DNA from: Camelus dromedarius
Lineage: Eukaryota
NCBI RefSeq assembly: GCF_036321535.1
Contig: NC_087436.1
Location: forward strand, 92,754,001-92,818,000
Direction: 5' to 3'
Length of the DNA: 64,000 bases
Part shown: positions 1 to 15,019 of the stretch, in pieces
How the letters are laid out: the number at the start of each line of letters is the position of its first letter
Position numbering within the stretch: the first letter of the stretch is position 1
Translations under genes and position numbers: made by a program
The notes under the pieces: model-generated
What the model was told of the DNA's origin: nothing
Database searches by the model: none
The model's input: only the letters and a program-made list of their open reading frames with translations

Positions 1-299
1 GCCAGGGCCACCAGTCCACACCTGTTCTTTCACCCAGCACCGCCCCCCCGCTGCTAGGACTTTGTGCCCATCAGTTATTCCTTGTCTTGTGCGCTGATTT
101 CTTCCCCGATGTTGGGTCGTTCCCCTGGGTGTCAGACACACCCTAGTCTTCCCACCCTGAAAGTCAGTGCTCCTTTGATTCTCCCTCCCTCCCTCAGTGA
201 TTGTCTTTTCTTTTTCCTTCCATCACCCAGAGCACCCTCTCTTGGCACCTTCGTTCTGCACCACGACACATTCGCCCCTGAAAAGTTAGGCCCAGGTCT

Positions 300-1260
300 C
301 ATCCCGATTGGCATCCCCTGTGCCTGTCATTGAAGGCACTTGCTGAATGGTGACCTCCTTCTTTTCGGTGATTAAACACTTGAAAGACTGGTCCATATTC
401 ATTTCTCCACTCTCTCAGTGTTCATTTACTCTTCCACCTCCTGTAATTCGGCCCTGGCTCCACCTCCACTAATTAGCAGAATGCTCTGCAAGCCGCCCCA
501 GCCCCAGCCGCTTCCCAGCTATCCAGTCCAGAGGCTTGTCTTCCAGCCCTCGGCATGCCCAGGGCCTTGCCCCTCCTCCAAGTGCTCTTTCTCTGGGCCT
601 TAGTGTCAGGACTCTCTTCTGGTTCCTCGTGCTTTTCTTACTGTGCTTTAAGAAGTGTTCCATCCACTGTTCTCTGGAGTTGCACCATCCATCTTCTCTC
701 TGCTGCCTTCTCCAGTCAGGTGTGTTCTCTGAACGTCACCTGTGTGTGGGTTAACAAGTCCCAGATCGAGATCTAGACCCCAGTCCCCAAGGCTCACCTC
801 TAGATAAGTTCGTGTCCAGCTGCCTGACCAGAAGTGGAGTGCCCATGCACCTCGAACTCAGCGCTTTCGCCTCTGAAAATACCCATCCTTACTCCTAGTT
901 CCTCTTCCCTAAATGCAACACCAGCCCGGGAGGAAACTCCCCAGGTGTCACGGACTCTTCCTCTTCCTCCTTCCTGACATCCACTCACTTCACAGCCACA
1001 TTGAATAGTCTCGACTCTAGTTCCCTCTCATCACATCCCACCTGGACTGGTGCAGTACATTCTTTCTTCTCTGTCCTGCACATTGAAAAGTTGTTTTTCT
1101 GAAACGCAGATCCAAAACAAATGACGCATACTTAAAAATCCCTTGATCACTCCCTAGGATAGGGTCCCCATTTCTTAACTTGACATTTCTGTTATACAAA
1201 AAGTACATCTAAAAAGCCCACTTCCTCCAAGAAGTTCTCCATGATTGCTCTCAGAGCACT
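300..1260 (+). mobile_element. Degraded L2 LINE fragments
   Basis: Pyrimidine-rich sequence with L2-like motifs (tccagctgcctg...cacctcgaactcagc; cacttcctccaagaagttctcc). Confidence 0.5.
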
Positions 1261-3963
1261 TTGTTCATGAGACTAATTCAGAAGTTACTTAAAAGTTAAT
1301 GCACACTTGGATCTTCCTTCTGGTTATGACTCTATGAAGACATTAAGTAAGTGCTGTTCACGTTGATTTTTTTTCTAAATGACTTGATAATAGGTCAGAG
1401 TTAGTAACCTTTTGGTGGCTAATTGAAGGGACTATGCAATCAGAATTCTATAAAAACATAAAATAGGAGCAATACCGACATTTCTTCCAGACAGGACTCT
1501 TTAAACTTCCCTTACCCATCATCATTTTTATTACTCTACTATTTTTTTGTCATTCAGGCAAACGAGCATCCTCTCTTTAGTATTATTTATCACATTCGAG
1601 TTCTTTTAGCTGTGCTAAAACTGTGTGATAAACCTCATTCATGACACAGAGCCATCTGAGATGTTTGGGGCAATAAATTACCTTCTTTCTTACTTTTTCT
1701 TTTTTTTTTTTTTTTTGAGAAAATGACCTCCAAATGGTATTTGTACATTTTGGAAGAGCTGTTGTGCCCTTCTATAGGAGGGACTGTTTAAAGATCGGAG
1801 AAGGCACCCTCCCTGGATTGCCAGCTCCCTCATCTCAAGTACCTCCCATCTTGAAATAGACTCAACTCTGGTTTTAGGGGTGAACTCTGAATTCGAGAAC
1901 AGGGTTCCCAGCTCTGCCTTTTGACCTGTTAGACCTGGGGAGAGGATTTAACTTCCTTGGCCAAACAGCCACAAGAATCCCTGAGGGAAAGCTGTTTTTA
2001 AAAAGTGTGCAGCATTAAATAAGGTTTGAAAACTAGCCACCCAGTCTTCTTTTCTAAAGCTGACAAGTGTACTTACAGGGACCATGACCAAGAGGATGAT
2101 TTCACATTAAGGGTGGTGGAAGGCCTCCGTCCTCAGTGGCCCTTTTTAGAAGTCCCTTGTCTTGCTCTCCTGAAAGTCCTTTAGCTTTGCCAATTCGTAT
2201 TCGGTAGGAGCTCTTCAAATGTCCCAGTGTCACAGCAGTTAAAAAAAAAAGTAAGAACTCCTTGTAGTCACAGTGCGGAGTGTCTGCTTCATGCCGGCTC
2301 GGGAGTGTTTACTGCATCATCTGACAAGTGTTCACCGCACCTCCCGTGTGTTGGGCGCTGTTCTTCCTTGCTCTCTGCCTCCTCCTCCCTCCAGCCTTAG
2401 CCCTCTGTTCCTTATCTTTGTGAAGGACACCCCTCTTTCTCCTGGGAGTCATCCTGACTCCCCAGTCCCCACACCCTGTCTAACTGGATTGGCTGCCTGA
2501 CCTCCTTGGTTTTACATCTTTACCCTCGATTCTCCATCTGCACTGCCACACACTCCAGTCATCCTTCCATCTCTCCCCTGAAACACCTGGTCTGAGGGGC
2601 CCTTTGGAACCTTTGGGCTCCTGCCCATCTTTTGATCATAGTACACACAGTACACAGAGCCAGGGTTTGGTTTATGCTCCCAAATACTCATATTTTAAAC
2701 CTGTGATAATTTAGTTCTTCCCGTATTATAGTTGGGGAAGCTTTGATCCAACAAGTTGAAGTAACTTGCTCAAGAAACTCAACTAAGAAGACCCAGAACC
2801 AAGATTCAGTTCAAACCCAGGCTGACTCTAAATTCAAACCACAGACCATGTCCCTCAGCCTCTTGCCTTGAAAAGGAGACTAAGTCAACCCTGCTGCTTC
2901 AAATGAGTGTGGACGCGGCGAGGATGAGTTTCCATAGGTGTAATCCGGTGACGGTCTTACAGCCGTACCTGTTGCCTCTGTCTTTCCTATCGGCTCCTAT
3001 ACCGCTTGCCCTTCTCAAGGCTTAACTGAATAGAGCACTTTTTAAATAAAAACCTACCAGACCCAAACAGTGCCAAATTTACAACCTATAGTAAATTTAC
3101 AGAGTTGTAAAACTGAATGAGTTTCCCTTCTTTATTTTGTACACCTTAATTACTGGGGAAGGAGTACATTAAAACTGAGATCACAGGTTAATTAATTTGT
3201 CCTGGAGTGTAGAATTTTATGGACAACTGGAACTAAAGTAATGGTTGTGTAGGTGCAGTTGACTAAACATGGCTTGTAAATGTTACAGAAATTCCTGTAA
3301 TTAGTCCCACTGCAGCCATTTAGCCTGGGAATTTTATAGCAGACATAAATTATGAAGGTGAAAAGTAAGAAAAATTTTGAGTTGACATAGTGGCATTTGC
3401 AGAAGCTATAATTTGAGGAAACTTGTTTTGCATTATTATTAGTGATTATTTTTTTCTGTTTCTGAAATTCCCCCTTTTTATTGTTGTTCCCACTGAAATG
3501 CAGTGGCTATCAGGTATTAGGTGCATTTAAATAAAGTAATGACTTATGGAAATAGACCACCAGCATCATTTCTAGAAGTACTTAACCGCCAGCCAAAGTA
3601 TGAAGAGACCTGTTTGATCACACTCTTCAAAGTCATTTTTGCATATTTTAATAGATTGAAAGGGAAAGTTACAGGTTAGATTTAAATAGTGTTCCCTGTC
3701 ATTGGATCTTGACACACTTTAACCTACCTGTTAAAATGCAAGTTATAAATAGCTCCTGTTTCAAAGGTGTTCATTATACCTCATTGGCTCTTGTTATAGA
3801 AAATGCAAATGTAATTTGAAAAGTGCCTGTTCTGAGAGTGAGCAATTACTCGTGCTCTTCAATACCTGGTTCATTGTCAGCATAGCCACTTGGTTAAAAA
3901 GCGTGTTTGCCTTTGAAATGGAGATCGCCTGGGCTTCTGGCTGGCCGGCTAAGTAAGTAATGA

Positions 3964-4335
<372 letters not shown>

Positions 4336-5109
4336 TGAGACCTTATAGGCTTCATGTAGCCCATCTCCTTGGTATCGAGAAGCTCTTTAGAAATTCGTTT
4401 GCTTTGGCCTTGGTGTTCTCACTCAGTGGCTCATAAGCACTGCATAGCACCTCATGTTTCATGCTTTAAATTCAGGTTTTATTTGCTGCCAGAGAAGGCC
4501 ACCTCTGGCAAAACTGGAGCACTGGGGAAAGCACAGAGGAAAAGAAGACGAGGAATTTAAAAAATTACCCCATTTTCATTTGTAGCCTATGATGCCCTCC
4601 CCCAGTCTAGCTACCTTCCCAGGAATGCTTGCCCCAACTCCTTAAATTTATTTAGGATTAATTTTCCTTAGGCCTGCCTAAAGTATTTCTTGCCCAGCCA
4701 GACTTTATTAGGTTTTTAAGTTTCTGTATTAAAAAATTCTTAGATAGTGTCATTTTATCAGTACTGACAGCTGATTGCTTGGTAGCTAATCCACACTCTG
4801 GCTGGGCCGGGTAGAGGGCGGGGAGGGAGAATCTGGACACTTAACCAGTGGGTGAAGATGAACACAGACTTAGACAAGTAGAAGCATTATAGTGCCATTC
4901 ACACCTGAAAAATCCATATCACATAGCTCAGGTGTTAACCTGTATAGTTCAGTAGTGATTTTTTTTGTTGGGAAGACTTAATGATTTGCTCTGGACAGGG
5001 ATCAAACTGTTTCCTGGCAAAGAAGTCACAGTAAAAGTCATTATCACTGATGAGGCCTTAGTCATCAGAAAGGACACTCCTGTAGCCCTCAGGATGCCCA
5101 CAGCGATCT

Positions 5110-5282
5110 GTAGCCTGCCTAGGATGCACGTGTAGTATTTGTTAGAGGCGGAGATTCCCGGACCCACCCTGAACTTCTGATTCAGCGGGTATGGGGTGAG
5201 GGTGGGGGAGACATGCGTTGCTGCTGTGTGTCACGACCACCCCATGTGATTGATGCAGGTGGCCCACACTTGAGGAAACCTC
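5110..5282. mobile_element. MER5-like hAT DNA transposon remnant
   Basis: ttgttagaggcggagattcccggacccacc...ttctgattcagcgggtatgggg...cacacttgag motifs. Confidence 0.55.
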
Positions 5283-5324
5283 TTAGGATGAACACACCAG
5301 TATTAACGTGGCACAGGTGTGCTG

Positions 5325-5343
5325 GCGCACCCCCTGTTGGCCA
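5325..5343 (-). promoter_or_regulatory. Possible CTCF motif
   Basis: Minus strand reads TGGCCAACAGGGGGTGCGC, a 15/19 match to the consensus TGGCCACCAGGGGGCGCTA. Confidence 0.35.
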
Positions 5344-7715
5344 GTCTGAAAATTCCACTTACTCTGAGTGACTGATGAAGATTTCCAGAGTCTGTCTTAG
5401 CAGATTGGCTGTAATTTCCTTTATTCCCATTATTATTGGGGCAGATGAAGGAACCAGAGGCAGTGGTGAGCTTGGGGGCTCTCCTGAGAGCACACTCAGC
5501 ATGTACTCAGGAAGTTGCCCTGAGGCTCCTAAGGGAATCAGGATAAGGGGCCTCGCCAGGGTACCCCCTTCTAGAAATCCTTGTTAAACATTTTACATTT
5601 TAACAAGCAAGGCAGTGAAACTGAGAGATTAACGTACGTCCCAAAGGGCCAGTGTCGCTGCCCTGGGAACGCTGCCAGGCCCGCTGTGATACCGACCGAG
5701 CCCAGGCTGCCTGAGCAGAGAGTGTACCGTCCAGCTCTATCCCCACGGGGCTCCCAGCCAGCCCATGGCGGGAGGCATAGGCAAGAACTGGTTATAGCGC
5801 TGGGACAGTTGGTTAGAGCATTTATGTCCGTTCCCAAGGCTGAAGTCCTGGGGCCTTCCTATGACCTAGGTGGGAGTCCTTTCCTGAAGGGTTAGGCTTG
5901 GTGACTCCCAAGGTGGATGTCCTTGTGGTGAGCAAGATCAGAATTGCCAAGGAAGCCCCAGACACTTGAGCACTTGAGGGATGGAAGGCAGGGTGCTTCA
6001 GGGAATTAAATCAAATTCTAGGCTGACCTGCTCCCCAAGGTGGTTTAACCCCAGAAGGATGAGGGTGGTAGGAGGGCGCTTCACATCTGTATAGCAGAAC
6101 GAGCACTAGTTTCGGCTGGTAATAGTCTGGCCCAATATTAGGGAAAGTCCTGTCACAGCATTGGGGGTGAGGGTGTCACAGAGCAGCACGCCCTCCACGT
6201 GGCAGGGCTGCAGCATCCTCAGCCGTTAGCCTTGATTTCCTCTGGTTGATACTTTGAGTCTTTCCTTTCTTTGTGATCCTGTGAGAATGAGGGATCTGGA
6301 CAGAGATGGGGAAGCCACTAAAACAGTTGTTGAATACTTACTGAATGCTTGAGGCTTAGGGACTTGAGGAAGGACAGAGAGGAATAGGAAACAGGGTCCC
6401 TGACTTCTGGAGCTGATAGTCTGGCTGGAAATGATTTGAGGACAGTTGTGAATAGGTGTGAACACTAGAAAAATCACCGGGAAAGGACTAAATATTTGAG
6501 CCTTAGTGGTCCCAGAATACCTTCTTTCTCTCTGCGCAGCATTATAATGACCGTGACCAAGGTTTGAGAATTAGCCTGCAGTGTTTCCTAGGCTGCATCC
6601 CAGGATAAGCCACCTGGTTTCTGACAGTTTTCAGGGTGAGGAGCTGCATAAATACAGTTCTTTCCGCAAGGAGGGCCACCAGGGCCAGGACTCAGGCATA
6701 AAGTTAAAGGGGGCATGGACAGACCTGGTGATGCCCTGCTTCTCTGCGAAGCCAGGCTGTGCGGAGATGGGCACAGTTCAGGTCGTGAGGTTTTTCTGGT
6801 CCAAGTACTTGAAAGCATCAGCTTCAAAGAGCAAATAGGGCTGGGATTTCACAAAGAAATTTTAGACAAATCCAGTCCTACAACCAGAAGCATTGTCTTG
6901 TAGAGGGAGTGGTGCTGGAGAAGAAACGACCTGTAAATAGCAGTCACCTTGAACTTCCAATCAACTGTGCAAAAAAAAACACAGTTTGACTTAGAACTCT
7001 TTCCAAAATGCTCATTTGAGTTCAGAGATGTCCGTATTAAATTAGCTATGTTGGAATTACGTATGTGCCCTGAGAAAAGAGGAAGGGTTAATCTGAGCTC
7101 AGCCCAAGGGAGGCCAAGTTTGTTTCACTGGAGTCCTAGCTACTTTTCATATTTTTACTCTTCCAGGCATGCTAATGGCATGCTTCCAGGCTTCCAGGCA
7201 AATTAAATATTTAGAGGAAATCGCACTTAAAAAAATATTTGTCACTACATGTGCAGATACTACAATTAGAAAAAAATATATAGCCTGTAATTGTAACATT
7301 TTAAGAATGTGGAAACCGCTTCTGAACTACAGCCCCGGCAGTTTCTTACTCGTTGAGATTTTATTTTATTGCACTTAATCTACAAATGAATAGTGGGTTA
7401 AAGAGTCCCATGCTAATGATATTTGCTGTGCTTCTGGAGATTGTTGACATTCTAACAAAATAAGCATGTAACAACAAGGTTTTGAAACCTACTCTATAAC
7501 TTTGACCAAGCATGGTGCATATCAGGTCTTGCAAATTAAGTTTACCTTTCATCGCAGACTTGCCTTAGAAGGATCACCCTCTCACGTGATGTTTTACGTT
7601 TGCACGTGAGTAGAAACTGTATATGGCGCAGGTTGGGTGTAATGAGTGGCATCATCATGGCATTGCATTGGATGTCCCATAAAGCTTTTCTTACAGAGCT
7701 TCTGTTAAAGTTTAA

Positions 7716-8021
<306 letters not shown>

Positions 8022-11000
8022 TGGACAGAAACCTGTCCACACTAGCAGCCGGTCCTCTCAAGAGTTCCAATTGTGAATGTCCTGTACCATCACTTTAGAA
8101 TCCAAAGCATGTCATTCTGTCAGACTTTACACATCCTAAACCTTAACTCTCTTGACTTAACTTCCGTAGTTCCCAAATAGAAATCCATTTTAGGGTTGTT
8201 TGGGAAGTCTGTGGAGCCCACAGAGATTTTCAGAATACTATATTACAAAAAGAAAAAACTACAGTTGGTTTTAAATGATTATTAGTTAGACAGTGAGGAT
8301 GAAAAAAGTTAGGTGAGCTCCTGGTCACCTGTTTGAAATCTTCAAGTAAGCTCTACCTCCTGAGCAGAGCTGGTTTCCACGGAGCTAGCGTCCTGCCCAC
8401 GGGAGAAGGTAGAGACACGGCATTATCTTAAGGGACAAGGAACAAGCATTCACTTATTTCAGTTCAGATAAGTTGTCTTTATTTTCCAAAGACTTGAATT
8501 TATACTTCTCAGTGAAGACATGGGCTAGGTGACATCATGTGCTGTGTCTCCACTGACAGAGCCTATTAAAAAATCAGAGAACAGAGGCCACCTCTAGACA
8601 GTGATTAATTGGAAGTCAGCTGTTTTTCTGTTAGTTTTACAAAAGAAACTACCGTGTTGATCAGAAAGGCACTCTATGATCTCTGGAGTTGACAAACAGA
8701 AATAGTTTTCACTGTGTCAGTCAAGAAACATCCAAAGATCCGAAAGTGTTTTCAAATGCTCGGTTTTGTAGGTTCATAGATCCACAGTTCCCACAGCCTT
8801 AAATCGGGCTTTGTTGACGCAATGCCAAAGTGATGGTTTGAACAATGAGAATTTCAGTCAGTTGTTTGGTGCGCTGAGGACCAAACAAGTAGTGTGACTG
8901 ATGGTATTCACCGAATTGACCAGATGTTCTGGAATTGTATACACACAGCTTCAAGGCCATTCTGACAACTATGCAATGGGCTTGTCTGTAATTTCTCTGA
9001 AATTGGAGGGTCTTTTTGTGCTGAGTTGATCTTCAGAATTTGCATAAATCTTGTTTCTCGTTGTCACCGATGGAAATGTCTCATCCCAACCGTTGCGTGC
9101 CTCCTCGCTGCCAGTCCTCTGAGTGGCTGGCTCTGGCTGAGTTAGTGCTGAACCGCTCCCACCCAGTTTCACTTGTTGACCTCCATCTGTGAAGTCAGTA
9201 GTGATGTCTTTGGAACCATTTCTTATCAACATTTGCTCTAGAGTTGCTCGAATCTATTTCTAAGGACGTCAGGTTCGGATAGGGGGGACTTCCTTTGTCG
9301 CCCTAACCAAGATTGCCACATGCTTTGTACAGCAGAGGGGGCTCGGGGGGCAGCCTTGATTGAAGGCTGCTGATATCATCTACAAACAGGACTAAAGGTT
9401 TTGAAAATGGGTTGCAACTTCATTTCAAGTTTATGAGCGTCCATTCATAAAGAGGGGTTTTTTTTTTGCCACTTTTTGACAAAATGAAATAATAAATTAC
9501 CCTTTATGGTCTATAATTAGCACCAACTCCATGCATGACCCTAGGAACAGGTCCTTCTTTAGCTTTTGTTATGATTTAGTTTCACCCGTTGAAAAGTTTG
9601 TTTATGGAGATGGTCATGGTCTGTTAAATGATGTGGGGGAAATTCTATTTCAGTCCTGGGGTAAGTTAGCTAAAATTTGCAAGTAAAAGAGATGATAGGG
9701 CAAATGCGATGTTGCTTATGGGAGCGGTGCAACAAATGTCTTTGACTCTCCAAGGAGAAAAGATTCTTCCTGTGGAGTTTTCGAGGTCTAGAAAGTCAAT
9801 ATCTCACAAGATTCTTTGGTGACAGGAAATCTTGGCCAGAAGAAAAATACCACCATAGTCTCATCTGTCTTTCCATCTTACTTTGTCTTTCTTTGCATTG
9901 CGCTTTAGTTGCCTTACTGCTGAGTACAATGTCTTTTTTTTCTGTAGCAGCCATATTTGACCACTGCCTTAAAAAAACAAACTTTCAATTCTTACCGTTT
10001 TCCTGCCAGTTTGAGAATTCCACACATCTTCACATCTCCGTGTCGTTGTGGAGCCGCGTGTGTGCTGGTCTTCACTGGGGTGGCGGTGAGAGCATGTCCA
10101 CACTCAGTCTCCGCTGCGGGACAGGTTGGCGTGCTCAAAGATCAGGTGCTTGCCCCACTCCTGTCAGCATCGCCTGCAAAGGCCGCTGGGGTGGGGAGGC
10201 CCGGCCTCTCAAGCCATGTGGTTGCACACAACCTTTGCTCCAGAGGCGCACCTGGTCTTCCTCCCACCTTCATTTCAGGTGAATCATTTATCAGCTGTTT
10301 GCCAGTACTTCACAAATTCTGAAACGTTGGCCATCTCATATGCACGTGAGCAAGGCCCAGAAAAATGACTGACTCAGCATCGCACGGCCAGTTCTCATGC
10401 CTCTCCGGGGTCTAGGACCTACGATCCCCTGCCCCCAGTCAGATGTTCCATTACACCATTGGTGTCGTTGCTGTGTCCTTCAGCCGAGCCCACCGCCTGA
10501 CCCAGACACTGACGGCCACTTGGGCTGTGACATGGCACCTGCTTCAGTGTTTTGCTGTCTCCTCTCCTTAGTCTATGTCCCACACTGCCATTTGTGTTTC
10601 AGCTTTAGGGCTGGCGTATTACCTAGTTCATGGTGGTTGTCTGCATGGTCATCTGATTTTTAAGTCAGGGCTTGCAAAGATTGTTCACTTATTTTTTTGG
10701 TTAAGACCATTACAACCTCTGTAGCAAGGTTAGAAGCTCACCACTGTGACAACTGAACACTGTCACTGCTCTGTCAGCCTTTCAGCTGATCTCTTTGGAG
10801 AGCTGAAGATGTTGCATATTTTCTTCGTTTGATTTTCTGCATCTTTGACAGTTGGACAGATTGCTCTCGTCACAAGACACTTCAACACTCATGGCAGCTT
10901 TTAGCATCTTTCTTGAGCCATGTTAGCATTGCTGTAAAAGACTGAACTAAAACAGCTCAGCATGCAGCTGTGCTCCACCTCGTTGGCCAGAGAAGAGGTC

Positions 11001-12984
11001 GTAGGGCTGGCCTGCCACCACACACCAAATCTGGCATTTTTGCCAGTGACTGGGTGTGGCCCATGATCCCAGCTATCACGAGGGTCCATACCTACCCACA
11101 ATGACTGAGTCTTGATTTGTCCTGAGTTTTCCCAAAGGAAAACCACATCACAGAGAGCATGCCTGCTTTCCCAGTGAACTAAACCCCAAGTGCCATTCCA
11201 CTGAGCTCAGGATAACCATTAAGGGTGATCTGTTTTTGAGGACGTAGACCAGGTACCTGGGGAGGGGATCATATTCTGCTAGCAGTTGCTAAGGTCACAT
11301 TTCTCAAGGTCTCTTTTGAAGGTCCACCATTCACAATCTCATGGTTTAACCTCAGTGTTAAATGTTATGGAGAAAAACTTTCTTGAAAATACTTCACTCA
11401 GTCCTTGAACCTGGGCATCATTCTCTCGGTGTTCCTCGTTTCCTCAGGTCACTGTCACATTTGTGTTTCATAAGGCTTCCCGAGGAAGGGAGCGGATATT
11501 AGAGCATTTGCAGGAAATCGTCACCTTCTTGGGTGGGGAAATTGAAGGCTACGTTACACATGTGGCTGCTTCACAGCTGTAGAGCAAGTGCGTGATTTTA
11601 TATTCTGGAGCTTTCTCAGCCCTTCTTCAGCCATGAACACATGGACCTAAAAGATTTCTTCACTGGGATTGTAAGGAGATATAAATCACTATAATAGGTT
11701 ATTTGATCCAATTCCTCCATGTGTCTGATATCAATAGAATGGTTTTTCTAAATCCAGTAAATTATTCTTGTAATAGCAGACATTTTTCCAAAATCTAGAC
11801 AAGAAGACAAACTTGGGAATCTACAGGCCCATGATTTCTACATTTTCTGCCGCTGTTAATGGCTTGCCCTCCCTTCTGTTGCTACCAGAGAATGGACGGA
11901 GCATCAGCTTGGGTGAGATATGCACTCTTACTTCCAGAAGAGCAAACATACATTGCCCTCAGTTACAACTGTCGATCAGTATGTGCTCTAAAACCTAAAC
12001 CTAATACCCACTAACTATGTCCTTCGTTTTTTCTTAGATTTCAATCATTTAAAAAAGTCTCATTCTTGGATAACTTCGTTTTTAGAAAAGATTTAAACAT
12101 ACATTTCTCATTCAGTGCTGTGGCATTTCATAGTACAGATCCTTGTAATTTTTGACAGCTCCTATATACCAGTTTTTAGGAATGTAATAGAAATGATTTT
12201 GCACATACGGTGCAAGTCTTGCCGGAGTATGTTTAATGCAGTGACACTTGCCAAAACTGCTTGGCAAAACATGTCAAATAGAATGCTTGAGTCAGAACTC
12301 TCGTGTGAATGTGTCTAAACAGCAGTATGTATCGTTATGACATATTTTTGTAAACATAGTGATGGCTTCTTTCAGTTGTGTAAGTACTAGATAAAAATAA
12401 CCATTTCACTCAGAATAGTGTAGGAAAATGTCACCCAGTTGATGGCCATCCAAAAAGTTATTTGCGTAATCAGCCAGTGGCATTGGTTCTTCTATTTGTG
12501 TTGTTTTTTAGAGGAAGGTGAAGAATTGATATCAGACAACATGGAGTGCAAAAACAACCCACCAATGCTTGCCTCTTAATATGTAAAATTCGACTGTAAT
12601 AGATAAATTTATACATTAGAAGCCACTTTAACCCTCCATGGTACATTCAGTTGCAAGAAACATTGAGAGGACTGGACTTCACTCATCGAATGACCTGCTT
12701 GCTCAGTCAGCTCAGCTATTGAAAGCACTAAATTACTAAGTCTACATGGTGAAACTAGCCAGATTAATTCTCCTCATGACTATATAGCTGATAACATAAG
12801 GGCTAGGTTTTCACTGAATCACAGGTCCCCAAATTACAATGAAAATACATCTGCTAAGAGGACTTATTCAAAAGCCTTTTCATTCTCAGAATAATTGCCC
12901 CAGTACGAGTAGCCCATTGAGCCTTGTCCACCCTGGAAATCTATTTAGGCCCATCCCAAACCACTGACAGTAACAGTGGCTGCA

Positions 12985-13130
12985 GCTTATATTCACTGAG
13001 TCCTTGAGTGCCAGGTACTTTGCTAAGCACTTTAATGCATCTTCTCATTTTAGTCCTCACAGCCACTCTCTGGGCTGTTACTAGCCTCGTTTTATTGTTA
13101 AGGACACTGCCCAAGGTACTTGGCTAATAA
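12985..13130 (-). mobile_element. MIR SINE remnant within the BEND4 3' UTR
   Basis: gtgccaggtactttgctaagcacttta...tctcattttagtcctcacagc...tgcccaaggt. Confidence 0.6.
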
Positions 13131-14166
13131 GAGGAAATCTTTGGGTTTAGTAAGCAGAATGACTAGTTCAGTTTTCCCCTGTAGCCAAGGTTCTCAAAAC
13201 CCCATCAACACTTTGGAACAAATTTGTTGTTTAACTAAAGTAGCGAGAAAATTAAAATTACCAGTTTGTTCACATTTATTTCACGGGTTCCCAGCAGTAC
13301 AAAAATGCAGGGATATAACTTTAAGCTCAGTGAAGCAATGTTCTTCGGGAACAGAGAGATGTTAGAATGGCTCCGGGCATCAGTTAGCTAATGCCCATTC
13401 ACTTTTCACGTCTGTTGTATTCGTAGCCTTAGAACTGATGAGTATGGTTTGGAAGAGAGGGTTTAATCCATGATGTCACTGTGAGAACTGTTGTGAAGAT
13501 TTTGTAGGAAAATACAGTAATCTGTTGATTCTTTCCTGTAGTTTTGGCTTTAACATCTCTGGCTGCATTTAAGTTCAAGAGCTTGCCACGGCCTTTAGGG
13601 CCTGGCTTTGTTTCTAGGGAACAGGGCATGCCAGACCATGAGAGGAGTCCACTGGTCCAGCCCAACCCTGCCACATTGAAGCATCGCCTTTGTGTGTCTC
13701 TTCTCTCTGGAACTTTGTGTAGCAGCCTAACACTGGGGCCAACTTGCCTTTACTCTATTTTCTATGATAAAAACTTGTGGAGAAACTGTGACAAATCCAT
13801 TGATCTTAATATTTTTATTGTTGAAGTCTTGTTGATTCTCTATGAATAATTTCTATTTGATTGTATTGTGTAGAGTTAATGCCCGCTAGGGACATGTTAA
13901 TAAAACTATAAATGCATAGTGCAATATAGAATAGCAAGATTTTTGTGAACAATTTATATAGAAGAGTAAGTTGTTTTTTAAGTGTTAGGCACATTTCTTT
14001 TAGGAACTTAAAATGTTATAAGAGTTTTTTAAACATTCAATATTTTTAATTATAAGAAACATTTGTTACTAGAGCCAATTATTTCAGGTGTTCTAATTGG
14101 AGTATTGATTTTATTACCTCATATACCTCTAGAATGCCACATGTTCTGTTGGAGAGAAAATTGCAC

Positions 14167-14172
14167 AATAAA
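14167..14172 (+). terminator. Candidate BEND4 polyadenylation signal AATAAA
   Basis: AATAAA followed by a GU/U-rich downstream tract (tgttgtagcttgctttttgcatctttttgt). Alternatives lie at 13899, 14336 and 14686. Confidence 0.55.
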
Positions 14173-15019
14173 TGTCAAGTCTCTGTTAAGTGTTGTAGCT
14201 TGCTTTTTGCATCTTTTTGTAATTCATTCAAGACGCTTTTTGGGGTTTTTTTTTTTAACAGAACTGTTTTTCTCCCTAATGCTAAGGCTTTTCTCTTGTA
14301 TCTGAATGCCAAGAAAATTTTATGCTTAGTACCCAAATAAAAAGATACTCAGTTATGTCAGGGAACTGACCAAAAACCACCCAGAAAAATCCATTTGATC
14401 TAGTGAATCAAAGGGACAACCAGAGATGATCTAAGGGTGACATATAATCCAAGATTTCCATCCAGTATTTTGTATATTCACACTTCAAACACACATGCTT
14501 CCTACTCATAGTTCCATCCTATCAGGGAGAGAAAGACCCCTACAGCTGCTACTCATGACTTAACAATGAACAGATGTTGATTATTGGTGGTTTTTGAACA
14601 GTGATCTGAGTGCAAAAGCGAAGTAAGTAGCTATGACTAAATAAGGTAGCATAGTTTTTGCTCCGCGTTTCTACTTATTGCATAAAATAAATCTACTGTC
14701 AACCATTATTGAACAGAGAAATTGAATAAATATCATTCATATATCAGAGTAGGTAAAAACTAAGACAAAACACATTTTCTCATTTTAGGAAAAATAGATG
14801 TTTTATTTTTGCACTAGAATATGCAATGTTCTAACCAGTAATTTTGGAAGAAAAAAGCAATAATTTAGTCCAAATAATTTGGGTTTGAATTGGGATATCA
14901 ATTAAAATGAAATTTAAATTATTTTATTGTTCTAAAGCATTAAAAGAGGATTATTAGTACCTTGGGTTTTGTTTTTTTTTTTTAATATTTTGCAGCAGAA
15001 CCCACAGGGTAAAGCTACA

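Larger units (their letters stand above)
8022..14190 (+). other. BEND4: BEND4 long 3' UTR (end approximate)
   Basis: Largely repeat-poor sequence after the stop, ending in an AU-rich block with several AATAAA hexamers. Transposon-dense sequence starts near 15 kb. Confidence 0.6.

Noticed and set aside
9893..10663. Cluster of ORFs in a GC-richer patch
   Set aside because: They lie inside the BEND4 3' UTR, overlap in all frames and mostly use non-ATG starts, as expected by chance.
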